Position numbers and translations under genes: made by a program. The notes beneath the pieces are model-generated. The model was not told where the DNA came from, did no database searches, and saw only the letters and a list, made by a program, of their open reading frames with translations. From Candidatus Pacearchaeota archaeon (GTDB lineage: Bacteria > Patescibacteriota > Minisyncoccia > Minisyncoccales > GCA-002788555), in contig DAOSAR010000001.1 of assembly GCA_035360455.1 (NCBI GenBank), positions 3,328 to 67,327 on the forward strand: a stretch of DNA of 64,000 bases, in the 5' to 3' direction. Below are positions 33,377 to 43,104 of the stretch, piece by piece. Every line of letters begins with the position of its first letter. The first letter of the stretch is position 1.

Positions 33377-36061
33377 TTAAATTTCACTCTCTACCCTTTC
33401 TTCGGGTTTTTCTGTCATTGAGTTTGTTTTTAAGGGAGAAATGATAATTCTCCCGTCTTTTTCATCAATTTTCACTCTGTCTTCTGATTTAATCTTTCCC
33501 TCAATAATCATTTGAGCTAGAGGATTTAAAACTAAATTTTGAATAGTTCTTTTAAGAGGCCTTGCGCCGAAATTTGGATCAAAACCAACCTTTGCAAGAT
33601 ATCTTTTCGCTTTTGGAGTAACAGTAATTTTAATTCTTCTTTCAAGTAATCTTTGTTGAATTTTTTTCATTTGAAGGTCAACTATTTCTTCAATTTCTTT
33701 TTGAGACAAAAAGTCAAAAATAATAATTTCATCTATTCTGTTTAAAAATTCCGGCTTAAAATATTCTCTTAATTTTTCTTCTATTTTTGCCCTTAATTCT
33801 TCTTTAGATCTCTTTTGCTCTTTAGTTTTCTTTTTCTCTTGGCTATTTCCAAAGCCTAATTCTTTTGATTTTGCAATTTCTTCGCTTCCAATATTTGAAG
33901 TCATTATTAAAATGGTATTTTTGAAATTAACCAATCTTCCTTTGGCATCAGTAAGCCTTCCTTCGTCAAACACTTGAAGTAAAATATTAAATACATCCGG
34001 ATGAGCTTTTTCAATTTCATCAAACAAAACTACGCTGTAGGGACGATGACGAATTTTTTCTGTTAATTGTCCGCCTTCTTCATATCCAACATATCCAGGA
34101 GGAGAACCAATTAATTTTGAAACTGTATGGCGTTCCATATATTCTGACATATCTAATCTAATCAAGGCATTTTCATCATCAAACAAAAACTCAGCTAGGG
34201 CTCGAGCAAGCTCTGTCTTACCAACACCAGTAGGCCCAAGGAATAAAAATACTCCCATCGGGCGATTTTCTTCCGAAACTCCAGCTCGAGAACGACGAAT
34301 CGCGTTAGAAACTGCCTTAACTGCTTCTTCTTGGTCAATAATACGCTTATGAAGTTCTTCTTCCATTCTTGCTAATTTTTGGGCTTCACTCTCAAGCATT
34401 CGCGAAACTGGAATTCCTGTCCAACGAGAAACAATTTGAGCAATATCTTCTTCGGTTACTTCCTCTTTTAAAATTCTCTGCCCGCTCTCTTGAAATTTCT
34501 TTAATTCTTTTTCGGCCTTTTTTAGCTCTTTTTCGTCTTGAGGAATTCTGCCATAACGAATCTCAGCAACCTTTTGAAGATTACCTTCTCTCTCAGCATT
34601 TTCAGCTTCTCCTCTTAGTTGTTCTAGTTCTTTCTTTAAAAATTTTATTCGATCAATTAATTCTTTCTCTTTTTTCCATTGAATTTCAATTTTATCTTTT
34701 TGTTCCTGCAATTCAGCTAAGGATCTTTCTATCTCTTTTAACCTTTCTTTTGGCTGAGAATCTTTTTCTTTTTTAAGAGCTTCTTTCTCGATTTGTAATT
34801 TCATTATTTCTCTTTTTATTTTATCTAATTCTACTGGCTCTGATTCAACTTCAAGACGTAAGGCCGAAGCAGCTTCATCTATTAAATCAACAGCCTTGTC
34901 AGGTAAAAATCGATCGCCAATATAACGATGAGAAAGCTTGGCAGCGGCAACTAAGGCCGAATCTTTAATTTTTACTCCATGATGAAGCTCATATTTTTCT
35001 TTAATGCCTCGTAAAATAGCTATAGTATCTTCAACTGAAGGTTCAGCAACATAAACTGGCTGAAACCTCCGTGCAAGGGCTGGATCTTTCTCAATGTATT
35101 TTTGGTATTCTTTTAGAGTGGTTGCGCCAATTGCTCTCAGCTCTCCTCGGGCTAGAGCAGGTTTTAAAAGATTTGAAGCATCAATAGCTCCTTCTGCTGC
35201 ACCAGCGCCTACTAAGGTATGAAGTTCATCAATAAATAAAATATACTTGCCTTGGCTTCGATTAATTTCTTTAAGAAGCGCTTTTAATCGATCCTCAAAT
35301 TCTCCACGATATTTTGTACCTGCTACCATTGCTCCAAGGTCAAGAGCAATAATTTCTTTGTCTTTTAAACTTTCCGGTACATCTCCAGAAACAATTCTTT
35401 GAGCTAAACCTTCAACAATAGCTGTTTTTCCAACTCCTGCTTCTCCAATTAAAACTGGGTTATTTTTTGTTCGACGAGAAATTACTTGAATAACTCTTCT
35501 AATTTCTTCTTCTCTTCCAATTACAGGATCAAGTTTTTTCTGGCGTGCTTCTTCTGTTAAATTTCGAGTGTATTTTTTAATTACTTGATATTTTGATTCG
35601 GGAGTTTGGTCTGTAATTCTTTCACCTCCTCTAACCTCACTTAAAATCTTTAAAACTTGATTATAATCAATGTCTGAAACTACTTCTCTTGCCCTGTTTT
35701 GAGTAGCAATAATTGCTAAAAATAAATGCTCAACTGAAATAAATTCATCTCCCATATTTTGAGCTTCTCTTCTTGCTTGATCTAAAACCCGAGCAAAATC
35801 TTGTGTTAAATAAGCCTGACCAAAAGTAACCTGGCCGAAAACTCGAGACAGAGAAGCTAACATTTGATTAGTTTTCTCTTTTATGCTTGCAGGGTTTTTA
35901 CCTATCTTTCTTAAAAGTAAATTAACCACGCTCTCTTCGTCCTCTAGAAGAGCATAAAGCAAGTGCAAAGCATCGATTTGCTGATGTTGCCTTTCAGCGG
36001 CAATTTCTTGAGCTTTTTGCAAAGCTTCTTGAGCTTTAATTGTAAATTTATCACCATCCAT
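33377..36061 (-). CDS. clpB: Chaperone disaggregase ClpB
   Basis: [23 protein letters not shown], long M-domain coiled coil, [26 protein letters not shown]. Confidence 0.93.
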   Translation of the reverse strand: MDGDKFTIKAQEALQKAQEIAAERQHQQIDALHLLYALLEDEESVVNLLLRKIGKNPASIKEKTNQMLASLSRVFGQVTFGQAYLTQDFARVLDQARREAQNMGDEFISVEHLFLAIIATQNRAREVVSDIDYNQVLKILSEVRGGERITDQTPESKYQVIKKYTRNLTEEARQKKLDPVIGREEEIRRVIQVISRRTKNNPVLIGEAGVGKTAIVEGLAQRIVSGDVPESLKDKEIIALDLGAMVAGTKYRGEFEDRLKALLKEINRSQGKYILFIDELHTLVGAGAAEGAIDASNLLKPALARGELRAIGATTLKEYQKYIEKDPALARRFQPVYVAEPSVEDTIAILRGIKEKYELHHGVKIKDSALVAAAKLSHRYIGDRFLPDKAVDLIDEAASALRLEVESEPVELDKIKREIMKLQIEKEALKKEKDSQPKERLKEIERSLAELQEQKDKIEIQWKKEKELIDRIKFLKKELEQLRGEAENAEREGNLQKVAEIRYGRIPQDEKELKKAEKELKKFQESGQRILKEEVTEEDIAQIVSRWTGIPVSRMLESEAQKLARMEEELHKRIIDQEEAVKAVSNAIRRSRAGVSEENRPMGVFLFLGPTGVGKTELARALAEFLFDDENALIRLDMSEYMERHTVSKLIGSPPGYVGYEEGGQLTEKIRHRPYSVVLFDEIEKAHPDVFNILLQVFDEGRLTDAKGRLVNFKNTILIMTSNIGSEEIAKSKELGFGNSQEKKKTKEQKRSKEELRAKIEEKLREYFKPEFLNRIDEIIIFDFLSQKEIEEIVDLQMKKIQQRLLERRIKITVTPKAKRYLAKVGFDPNFGARPLKRTIQNLVLNPLAQMIIEGKIKSEDRVKIDEKDGRIIISPLKTNSMTEKPEERVESEI

Positions 36062-36148
36062 AAAATTATAATAATTTGAATACTAATATTCGGAACGAGC
36101 GCTTTTGGATATCCCGAGCCGTAAAGCAAAGATTGCGCTTTTCGAATA

Positions 36149-37312
36149 CTATTGTTCACCTAATTGTGCCTCCAACTCCATTTCTTTTCCATTTCTTAAT
36201 ATTTTTAATTTAATCTTATCACCAACATTGTGAGAAAGAATTATTTTAGATAAAGTGTTTTTGGTTGTAATTTTTTGACCATCTATTTCTAAAATAATGT
36301 CATTTTCTTTTAACCCAGCCTTGTCTGCTGCACTTCCTGGGGTTACTGCTACATCTCCTATTCCACTTCCTCTCACCACCCAAGCGCCATAATCTACTGG
36401 CAAGTTATATTGTTTTTGTATATTCTCGTCAATTAAAACATGTCTTACGCCAAGAAAAGGATAAGTAATTTTCCCTGTAGCTTTTACGCTTTCTATTGCT
36501 TTTTTCGCTTGATTAATAGGAATAGCAAAACCAATATTTTCAGCACCTGAAGCCACAGCTGTATTAATACCAATAATTTCACCGGATAAATTTAAAAGTG
36601 GTCCTCCAGAGTTTCCTGAGTTAATCGCTGCATCAGTTTGGATTAATTGGTCTAATGTTTCTGCAATTCCTCCACCACTAGCTGTAATGCTTCTTGAAAG
36701 CCCAGAAACAACCCCCACAGAAACACTGTTTTGAAATTCTCCTAAAGCATTGCCAATGGCAATTACTGTCTGGCCAATTTTAAGATTATCAGAATCACCT
36801 AATGGTAAGGGAGTAAAAGATTCGCCTGACTTTGGATCAATTTTCAAAACTGCTAAATCCTGCGAAGAAGCTCTTGCTAAAACTTTAGCTGGATATTGTT
36901 CATTATTAGATAAAATTACTGTATAGTTAATATTTTCGTATTGAACAACATGTTTATTTGTCAAAATTAAACCATCAGAAGAAATAATAAAGCCCGTACC
37001 GCCACTCTTAATTTGTTGAGAAAAGAAGGGAATTCCTGGTATTGCTATTTCTCCTTCAGCTATAATTGACACTACACTAGGTAAAGCATCATTAACTACC
37101 TTTATTACCTGTTCTTCTTGACTGCTTGTAACTTCTTTTTCAATAATCTTAGGCGATGTTTCATCTGTTGTTTGAGTGGGAGATGTAGTATTTATTGAAT
37201 TTCCAAAAACTTTCATTACTTGGGGATAATAATTTATCGCCAAAACACCTCCGGCAAAACCGACTATTAAAGAAATAATGACTGATATAACAATAATATA
37301 TTGAGGTTTCAT
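36149..37312 (-). CDS. HtrA/DegP-family serine protease with a PDZ domain
   Basis: Start moved to MKPQYIIVISVII (ATG 37312) because the track's first 51 codons translate the repeat element. TNKHVV (His), DLAVLKI (Asp), GNSGGPLLN (Ser). Confidence 0.85.
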   Translation of the reverse strand: MKPQYIIVISVIISLIVGFAGGVLAINYYPQVMKVFGNSINTTSPTQTTDETSPKIIEKEVTSSQEEQVIKVVNDALPSVVSIIAEGEIAIPGIPFFSQQIKSGGTGFIISSDGLILTNKHVVQYENINYTVILSNNEQYPAKVLARASSQDLAVLKIDPKSGESFTPLPLGDSDNLKIGQTVIAIGNALGEFQNSVSVGVVSGLSRSITASGGGIAETLDQLIQTDAAINSGNSGGPLLNLSGEIIGINTAVASGAENIGFAIPINQAKKAIESVKATGKITYPFLGVRHVLIDENIQKQYNLPVDYGAWVVRGSGIGDVAVTPGSAADKAGLKENDIILEIDGQKITTKNTLSKIILSHNVGDKIKLKILRNGKEMELEAQLGEQ

Positions 37313-37693
37313 AAATTTATAAGGTGTGTGCACCAAAATGTTTTGGGGTATGGGTTCCTCCCATGTTTTGGTTCCAGGAAATAATCCTCCAAATTTGCTT
37401 TGCAAATTTGGAGACCACGTGGTCTCCAAAAATTGTTTTACAATTTTTGGAGTATTACGACGCAAGAAACCAGAATTTTACGAAAGTAAAATTACTGGTG
37501 TCTTGAGGGATGCTCCAAGAATACTTCGTATTCTTTTCGCCGAATTTACTTCGTAAATTCGAGCTCGAAACCAAAACTGCTTTTCTCTTATGAGGCATTT
37601 ATGCCGAATGTTTTGGTTCCAGAAAGATAGGAGCGTAGCGACGTAAGAAAACAGCTTGGCTGTTGTCTTACAGGAGGTCTGGAACCAAAACTG
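37313..37693. repeat. Composite hairpin-module element, locus 1 (about 2.5 units)
   Basis: GTTTTGGTTCCAG at 37365..37377 and 37610..37622. The reverse complement is at 37679..37691 and 37567..37577 (the latter 11 bp with one mismatch). 37497..37692 aligns with 43105..43310. Confidence 0.85.
37387..37452. promoter_or_regulatory. Three interlocked palindromes (candidate operator or RNA switch)
   Basis: CTCCAAATTTGC-ttt-GCAAATTTGGAG; TTGGAGACCACGTGGTCTCCAA (perfect 22-bp palindrome, 37408..37429); CTCCAAAAATTGT-ttt-ACAATTTTTGGAG. Confidence 0.5.
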
Positions 37694-37783
37694 CGGTGGG
37701 TGTAGGATTTGAACCTACGAGGGACGGTTTAGGTCCCACGGGTTAGCAACCCGTTGCTTTAAGCCAACCTCAGCCAACCCACC
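37694..37783 (-). tRNA. tRNA-Ser (anticodon GCU)
   Basis: GGTGGGT acceptor, anticodon stem-loop ACGGG-TTGCTAA-CCCGT, long variable arm, T-arm GTAGGTTCAAATCCTAC, discriminator G. Confidence 0.9.
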
Positions 37784-37905
37784 AAACCACTGTAAAATAG
37801 TGGAATTTTTAAACCTTAATTTTAAATTTTCAAATTTTAATCTTACAAATTTAGAAATTAAAAATTTAAAATTAGAAATTCCAATTTTTGTTTTACAAAA
37901 ATTGG

Positions 37906-39000
37906 CTATATTCCTTCTTCTCTCAACTTTTCTATAAGCTCTTTTTGTTTTTTTGTTAATTTTGTCGGTGTTTTAACATTAATTTTCACGTACATATCTC
38001 CTTTTCCTCTGCTATTTAAATGAGGAATACCCATTCCTTTTAACTTTAATAATTTTCCAGCTTGTGTTCCCGCAGGAATTTTAAGTTCTATCTTACCACC
38101 TAATGTTGGAATGTCAACTTTATCTCCAAGAGCTGCTTGAGAAAAATTAACATCTAGATTGTAGTATATATCATCTCCTCTTCTTTGAAAATAAGGATGA
38201 TCTTTTACACGAATTTTCACTAAAAGATCGCCTGGTTTTTCTCCCCTAGTCCCTGCGTCTCCTTTCCCTTCGATTCTGATAACTTCATTATTTTGCACTC
38301 CTGCTGGAATAAAAAAAGAAATTCTTTCAAAATCTTTTATTCTACCTTCTCCACCGCACCTTCCGCACTTTATCTCTGGAATTTTTCCTGTACCGTTACA
38401 TTGAGGACAAATTCCAGTTCTTGTAAAACTGCCAAAAAAAGTTTGGTGAACTTGGTGAACCTGACCCTCCCCTCGACACGAAGGACATATTTCCATTTTT
38501 GCTCCTGGTTCAACACCTGTTCCTCCACACTTAGGACAGACCACAAGTTTATGAAGCGTGATTTCTTTTTGAACACCAGAAAAAACTTCTTCCAAGGTTA
38601 ATTCAAGCTCAATTGCAATATCTTTTCCCTTTGTTTCTCTCTGTCGCGAAAAGCCAAAAGGAGAACCACCAAAAAATTCCTCAAAAATATCTTCAAAGTC
38701 TCCGAAATCACCAAATCCTCCAAAGTCTCCAAAATCAAATCCTCTACCAAAAGGACTACCTTCAGCTCCAGCACCAAAAGGCGTTCCCTCAAAATCAAAA
38801 CCACTTTTCCTCGCTGCATCATATTTTGCTCTTTTTTCTTTGTTGCCTAAAATTTGATAAGCTTCGTTTATTTCTTTAAACTTTTCTGCTGAACCTCCTT
38901 TATCGGGATGATACTGATGAGCTAATCGATAAAAAGCCTTCTTAATTTCTTCCTCTGAAGCATTTTCAGAAACGCCTAAAATTTTATAATAGTCTTTCAT
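37906..39000 (-). CDS. dnaJ: Co-chaperone DnaJ
   Basis: J domain YHPDKGG, G/F-rich linker, four CxxCxGxG repeats (CPKCGGTG, CPSCRGEG, CPQCNGTG, CGRCGGEG). Confidence 0.93.
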   Translation of the reverse strand: MKDYYKILGVSENASEEEIKKAFYRLAHQYHPDKGGSAEKFKEINEAYQILGNKEKRAKYDAARKSGFDFEGTPFGAGAEGSPFGRGFDFGDFGGFGDFGDFEDIFEEFFGGSPFGFSRQRETKGKDIAIELELTLEEVFSGVQKEITLHKLVVCPKCGGTGVEPGAKMEICPSCRGEGQVHQVHQTFFGSFTRTGICPQCNGTGKIPEIKCGRCGGEGRIKDFERISFFIPAGVQNNEVIRIEGKGDAGTRGEKPGDLLVKIRVKDHPYFQRRGDDIYYNLDVNFSQAALGDKVDIPTLGGKIELKIPAGTQAGKLLKLKGMGIPHLNSRGKGDMYVKINVKTPTKLTKKQKELIEKLREEGI

Positions 39001-39084
39001 AGATATTACATTTTAAATAATAAATTTATTACAAAATTTGCGAAGGGTAACTAATGGCTTTGTGGTCCTTCTTGGCTTTGACTA

Positions 39085-40902
39085 TTATTTCTCGTTTCCT
39101 CCCTTACCATACATTTGAGCACCAACTTTCTGAATGGTTTGAGACAAATCCTGTGTTTTCTGTTTAATCTCTTCTAAATTATCTCCATTCATTACCTTGC
39201 GAAGTTCTTCGATTTTTGCTTCTGCTTCTTTTTTAAGATCTTCAGAAATTTTTGTTCCTGCCTCTTTTAAAGTTTTTTCACTTGTATAAATAAGATTTTC
39301 TGCAATGTTTTTTGCTTCGATTAATTCTTTCTTTCTTCTATCTTCTTCGGCATACATTTCTGCCTCCTTTCTTAATCTTTCTACTTCATCTTTTGAAAGA
39401 CCAGATTGGGCTTCGATTCGAATTGATTGACTCTTACCTGTAGCTTTATCTTTTGCTGAAACGCTCAAAATTCCATTGGCATCAATATCAAAAGTAACTT
39501 CAATCTGAGGCACGCCACGTGGAGCAGGAGGAATACCGTCCAAAATAAATCTCCCTAAACTTTTACAATCCTGTGCCATTGGCCTTTCTCCTTGCAAAAC
39601 ATGAATTTCTACTGAAGTTTGATTATCAGCAGCAGTTGAAAAAATTTGGGTTTTGGAAGTAGGAATAGTTGTATTTTTGGGAATTAAAATTGTATTCACT
39701 CCTCCTAATGTTTCAATACCTAGTGATAATGGAGTCACATCCAAAAGCAAAACTTCTTTCATTTCTCCTTGTAAGATTCCTCCTTGAACCGCCGCTCCAA
39801 TTGCTACTACCTCGTCTGGATTAATTTCTTTGTTTGGTTCTTTGCCAAATAATTTTTTAACTTCTTCTTGAATTTTTGGCATTCTTGTTTGTCCCCCAAC
39901 TAAAACTACCTCATCAATGTCACTAATTTCAAAGCCTGCTTCTTTTACTGTTTGTTTCACAAGCTCAAGGGATTTCTCAATATAATCAGAAACCAATTCT
40001 TCTAATTTTGAACGAGTAATTGTATAAGAAAGATGTTTTGGACCAGAGGCATCAGAAGTAATAAAAGGTAAATTAATCTCTGCTTGCATTGTTGTTGAAA
40101 GTTCTCTTTTTGCTTTTTCAGCTGCTTCTTTTATTCGCTGGAGAGCTAAAGGGTCTTTTGAAAGATCGATTCCTTCATCTCTTTTGAAGTTTTCAACAAT
40201 ATAATCCATAATTCGCTGATCAAAATCATCTCCGCCAAGATGAGTGTCACCTCCTGTTGCTTTTACTTCAATAGTGTCAGAAGTAACATTTAATACTGAA
40301 ACATCAAAAGTACCTCCTCCAAAATCATAAACCACAATTTGCTGATCTTTTTTCTTTTGAAGACCATAGGCTAAGGCTGCGGCCGTTGGTTCATTTATGA
40401 CTCTTCGTACATTAAACCCGGCAATCTCTCCAGCATCTTTTGTAGCTTTCCTTTGGCTATCATCAAAATAAGCTGGACAGGTAATAATAGCATCAGTAAT
40501 TTTCTCACCCAATTTTGCTTCGGCATCTGCTTTCAATTTTTGCAGAAACATTGCTGAAATTTCTTGGGGCTTATACCATTTATCACCCATTTTAACTTCT
40601 ACTCCTCCGTCTGAAGATTCTCGAATTTCATAAGATAAAAGTTTTTTATCTCGTTGAACTTCGGGATCAGAAAATCGGCGACCAATAAGTCGTTTAACAG
40701 AATAAATAGTATTTTTAGGGTTGGTAATGGCTTGCCTGCGAGCTAAAGTTCCAATTAACCTTTCACCGTTTTTTGAAATAGCAATAACGGAGGGAGTTGT
40801 TCTCTCTCCTTCTGCGTTTTCAATAATCTTTGGCTCACCAGCCTCTACAACAGCCATTGCCGAAAAAGTTGTACCTAAATCAATACCTAGAATTTTTGCC
40901 AT
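39085..40902 (-). CDS. dnaK: Chaperone DnaK (Hsp70)
   Basis: Start moved to [18 protein letters not shown] (40902). [20 protein letters not shown]. Confidence 0.95.
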   Translation of the reverse strand: MAKILGIDLGTTFSAMAVVEAGEPKIIENAEGERTTPSVIAISKNGERLIGTLARRQAITNPKNTIYSVKRLIGRRFSDPEVQRDKKLLSYEIRESSDGGVEVKMGDKWYKPQEISAMFLQKLKADAEAKLGEKITDAIITCPAYFDDSQRKATKDAGEIAGFNVRRVINEPTAAALAYGLQKKKDQQIVVYDFGGGTFDVSVLNVTSDTIEVKATGGDTHLGGDDFDQRIMDYIVENFKRDEGIDLSKDPLALQRIKEAAEKAKRELSTTMQAEINLPFITSDASGPKHLSYTITRSKLEELVSDYIEKSLELVKQTVKEAGFEISDIDEVVLVGGQTRMPKIQEEVKKLFGKEPNKEINPDEVVAIGAAVQGGILQGEMKEVLLLDVTPLSLGIETLGGVNTILIPKNTTIPTSKTQIFSTAADNQTSVEIHVLQGERPMAQDCKSLGRFILDGIPPAPRGVPQIEVTFDIDANGILSVSAKDKATGKSQSIRIEAQSGLSKDEVERLRKEAEMYAEEDRRKKELIEAKNIAENLIYTSEKTLKEAGTKISEDLKKEAEAKIEELRKVMNGDNLEEIKQKTQDLSQTIQKVGAQMYGKGGNEK

Positions 40903-41098
40903 ATGTGTTAAAAATATCAGCAAGGCACTAAATTTTGTTCTACTTTATGTAATATGTAAAATAATTTTGATTGTAGAAAAACAAGAATTATAGTGTCTCG
41001 CTTACATAAATTAAATCTTGTAAATTTTTAAAGATAATAATGCTTTAATGCTCCCTTGCTTCTTTAGGTCAAAAAGCAAGGAAGCAGACAAAGCACTA

Positions 41099-41515
41099 TT
41101 ATTTTACCTTGACCTGGACTTTTTTAGCTTTCTTCACTTCGCTCTTTGGTAAAGTAATCTTTAACATTCCATTCTTTGATTCAGCTGTTGCTTTCTCTGC
41201 TTTTACCTCGGTTGGTAAAGTAACTGCTCTTTCAAATGCTCCTTTCCTAATTTCTTTCATCCAATAATTTTTCTTTTTCTCTTCTTTTTCCTCTTCAATT
41301 TTTCCCTTAACGTTCAAAATATTGTCTTCAACTGAAATTTCTACATCAGTTGGCTTAACACCAGCTAACGGCATTTCTACATAAACACTATTTTCATCTT
41401 CTGAAACATCTACTGCTGGAAACCCTCCTCGACGGAGAGGAATCACTGGAAAAAAATCTTCATCTTCAAAAAACTTTTCCAGGTCTTGGAATGGTTCCCA
41501 TGGAATAATTGCCAT
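41099..41515 (-). CDS. Small heat-shock protein (Hsp20/alpha-crystallin)
   Basis: Start taken at the ATG (MAIIPWEPF); the track start is TTG. Alpha-crystallin core AVDVSEDENSVYVEMPLAGV...GMLKITLPK. Confidence 0.85.
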   Translation of the reverse strand: MAIIPWEPFQDLEKFFEDEDFFPVIPLRRGGFPAVDVSEDENSVYVEMPLAGVKPTDVEISVEDNILNVKGKIEEEKEEKKKNYWMKEIRKGAFERAVTLPTEVKAEKATAESKNGMLKITLPKSEVKKAKKVQVKVK

Positions 41516-41639
41516 AGTTTTTTCTATCAACGAATATACGAATTTATTACGAATTTACAAACAAATATTCTATTTTATTATAGAACTAAATTAATTTGTA
41601 AATCCGAGAATGATTCGTAATTCGTTGATATTTTAATAA

Positions 41640-42200
41640 TTAGCTTTCTCGACCTTTGCCCACTTTTACCTTAGCAGGCCTTAAAACTTTCTTATTTAAT
41701 AAATAACCTTTTTGTGAAACTTCTATAACCTTTCCTTCCTCTCCTTCTATCACTTCTACTGCTTCGCAAAGTTCTGGGTTAAAATCTTCATCTATTTCAA
41801 TTTCTTCTACTCCTTCTTTTCTTAAAATACCTTCAATTTGTTTTTTTATTCCCAAAACTCCTTTTGCCCATGAATTTTCTTTCATTTCCTCTGGTAAGTT
41901 CTTTTCTGCTCTTTCTATACTATCTAGAACTGAAAGAAACTCAAGTAAAATTTTCTTTTTAAAAAATTCTATTTTTTCTTCCAATTTTTTTTCTTCATCT
42001 CTTTTATAGTTAAGGAAATCTGCTCTTTCTCTTTGCCAGCCTGCTAAATATTCTTCTTTTTCCTTCTGACAAATTTTTAATTTTTCCTTCAATTTTTCAA
42101 TTTTTTTTTCAAGATCTAAGTTTTTTTCTTCACCTTCCTCAATATATTCAACTTCGTCAGTAGTTTTCTTTTCTTTTTTATTTTTGTTTTCTTCTTCCAT
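41640..42200 (-). CDS. grpE: Nucleotide exchange factor GrpE
   Basis: Acidic/coiled-coil N-terminus, LAGWQRERADFLNYKRD, C-terminal beta domain. Confidence 0.88.
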   Translation of the reverse strand: MEEENKNKKEKKTTDEVEYIEEGEEKNLDLEKKIEKLKEKLKICQKEKEEYLAGWQRERADFLNYKRDEEKKLEEKIEFFKKKILLEFLSVLDSIERAEKNLPEEMKENSWAKGVLGIKKQIEGILRKEGVEEIEIDEDFNPELCEAVEVIEGEEGKVIEVSQKGYLLNKKVLRPAKVKVGKGRES

Positions 42201-42263
42201 AAATCACTACGACTTTACGAATTGCCATAAATATTTGCAATCCGCATCATCAAAATTATTATT

Positions 42264-42941
42264 CTAAATTTCTTCTAAAATTTCTTTAACTTTTCTTACC
42301 AAAGCAATATTCTTTTGATAGTCCATTCTTATTGGTCCTAAAATTCCTACTACTCCATCCTCTAGTCCTCCCAAAATCAAACTTAAGCTTTCTTCTCTGC
42401 TAAATGGATTTTCTCTGCCAATATAAATTTTTATATCATTACCAATATCTTCTTTTTCGATTTTATCATATAATTCCTCAAATGCTTCTACTATTTCTAA
42501 AATTTCTTCTGGTTGATAAAATTCTGGCTGAGATAAAAGATAAGAAAGTCCTTGCCAGAAAAAATTTCTTTCCCAAAATACTATACTTAAATTTTTCGAA
42601 ACTAGCGCCATCAATTTTCCTAATTCCCTTATAATTCCTTCTCTGTCACGTTGATTTGTAAAAACTTCTTCAATTCTCTTTTCTACTTCGGAAGACAACC
42701 GTGGTTGGCAAAACTTTTTAATGAAAAATCGATAAGCCTTTTCGGTTGGAATTCTACCAGCTGAACAGTACGGTTGCCATAAATATCCTTTTTCTGTTAA
42801 CTCTACCATATCCCATCTAATCGTTGCTGGGCTTACATTTAAATTATAATTTTCCGCCAGCATCTGAGAGCTCACCGGTTCAGCAGTTTTTATATATTCT
42901 TTAACCACGCATTTTAAAATTTTTTCTTGTCTTTTTTCCAT
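42264..42941 (-). CDS. hrcA: Heat-inducible repressor HrcA, short form (225 aa)
   Basis: N-terminal winged helix RQEKILKCVVKEYIKTAEPVSSQMLAE...VSPATIRWDMVELTEKGYL. A CIRCE-like operator lies 50 nt upstream. Confidence 0.8.
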   Translation of the reverse strand: MEKRQEKILKCVVKEYIKTAEPVSSQMLAENYNLNVSPATIRWDMVELTEKGYLWQPYCSAGRIPTEKAYRFFIKKFCQPRLSSEVEKRIEEVFTNQRDREGIIRELGKLMALVSKNLSIVFWERNFFWQGLSYLLSQPEFYQPEEILEIVEAFEELYDKIEKEDIGNDIKIYIGRENPFSREESLSLILGGLEDGVVGILGPIRMDYQKNIALVRKVKEILEEI

Positions 42942-42973
42942 ATTACAAATCTCTCCATTAAATTTCTTTCTAT

Positions 42974-43001
42974 ATTATAATCAAAAAAAATTAGCAGTCA
43001 A
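42974..43001 (-). promoter_or_regulatory. Sigma-70-type promoter of the hrcA operon
   Basis: Minus strand: TTGACT (43001..42996), 16-nt spacer, TATAAT (42979..42974). The -35 hexamer lies inside the CIRCE right arm. Confidence 0.7.
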
Positions 43002-43017
43002 GAGGTCTAACTGCTAA
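42991..43017 (-). promoter_or_regulatory. CIRCE-like HrcA operator (variant)
   Basis: Minus strand: TTAGCAGTT-agacctctt-GACTGCTAA, versus consensus TTAGCACTC-N9-GAGTGCTAA. Same 9-N9-9 geometry. Confidence 0.8.
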
Positions 43018-43104
43018 ATAATTTTATAATTAAAATAAATAAAACTGCGAAAAAAACTTCTCGTAGTTTCTGCGCTTTTTTTAAAAAACCGAAACGGCTT
43101 GCCC

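Noticed and set aside
34369-34776. Plus-strand ORFs in the track (for example 2013..2261, 5623..5934, 34369..34776, 38293..38601, 45606..45839, 48495..48764, 57311..57691, 58451..58810)
   Set aside because: All lie antisense within well-supported minus-strand genes. They have low-complexity, F/L/S/I-rich products typical of shadow frames in AT-rich DNA and have no start-site signals.
36062-36070. TATAAT hexamer 3 nt upstream of the clpB ATG as its promoter
   Set aside because: A -10 box that close would place the transcription start inside the coding region. The ClpB N-terminus ([14 protein letters not shown]) looks complete, so the hexamer is probably fortuitous in AT-rich DNA.
36149-37465. 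Track N-terminal extensions of HtrA, L6 (46241), L14 (49314), L2 (52948), DnaK (40923), the ABC ATPase (22654) and the permease (21933)
   Set aside because: Each extension precedes a canonical family N-terminus beginning at an internal Met. Each is encoded by spacer or repeat sequence, so the starts were moved downstream.
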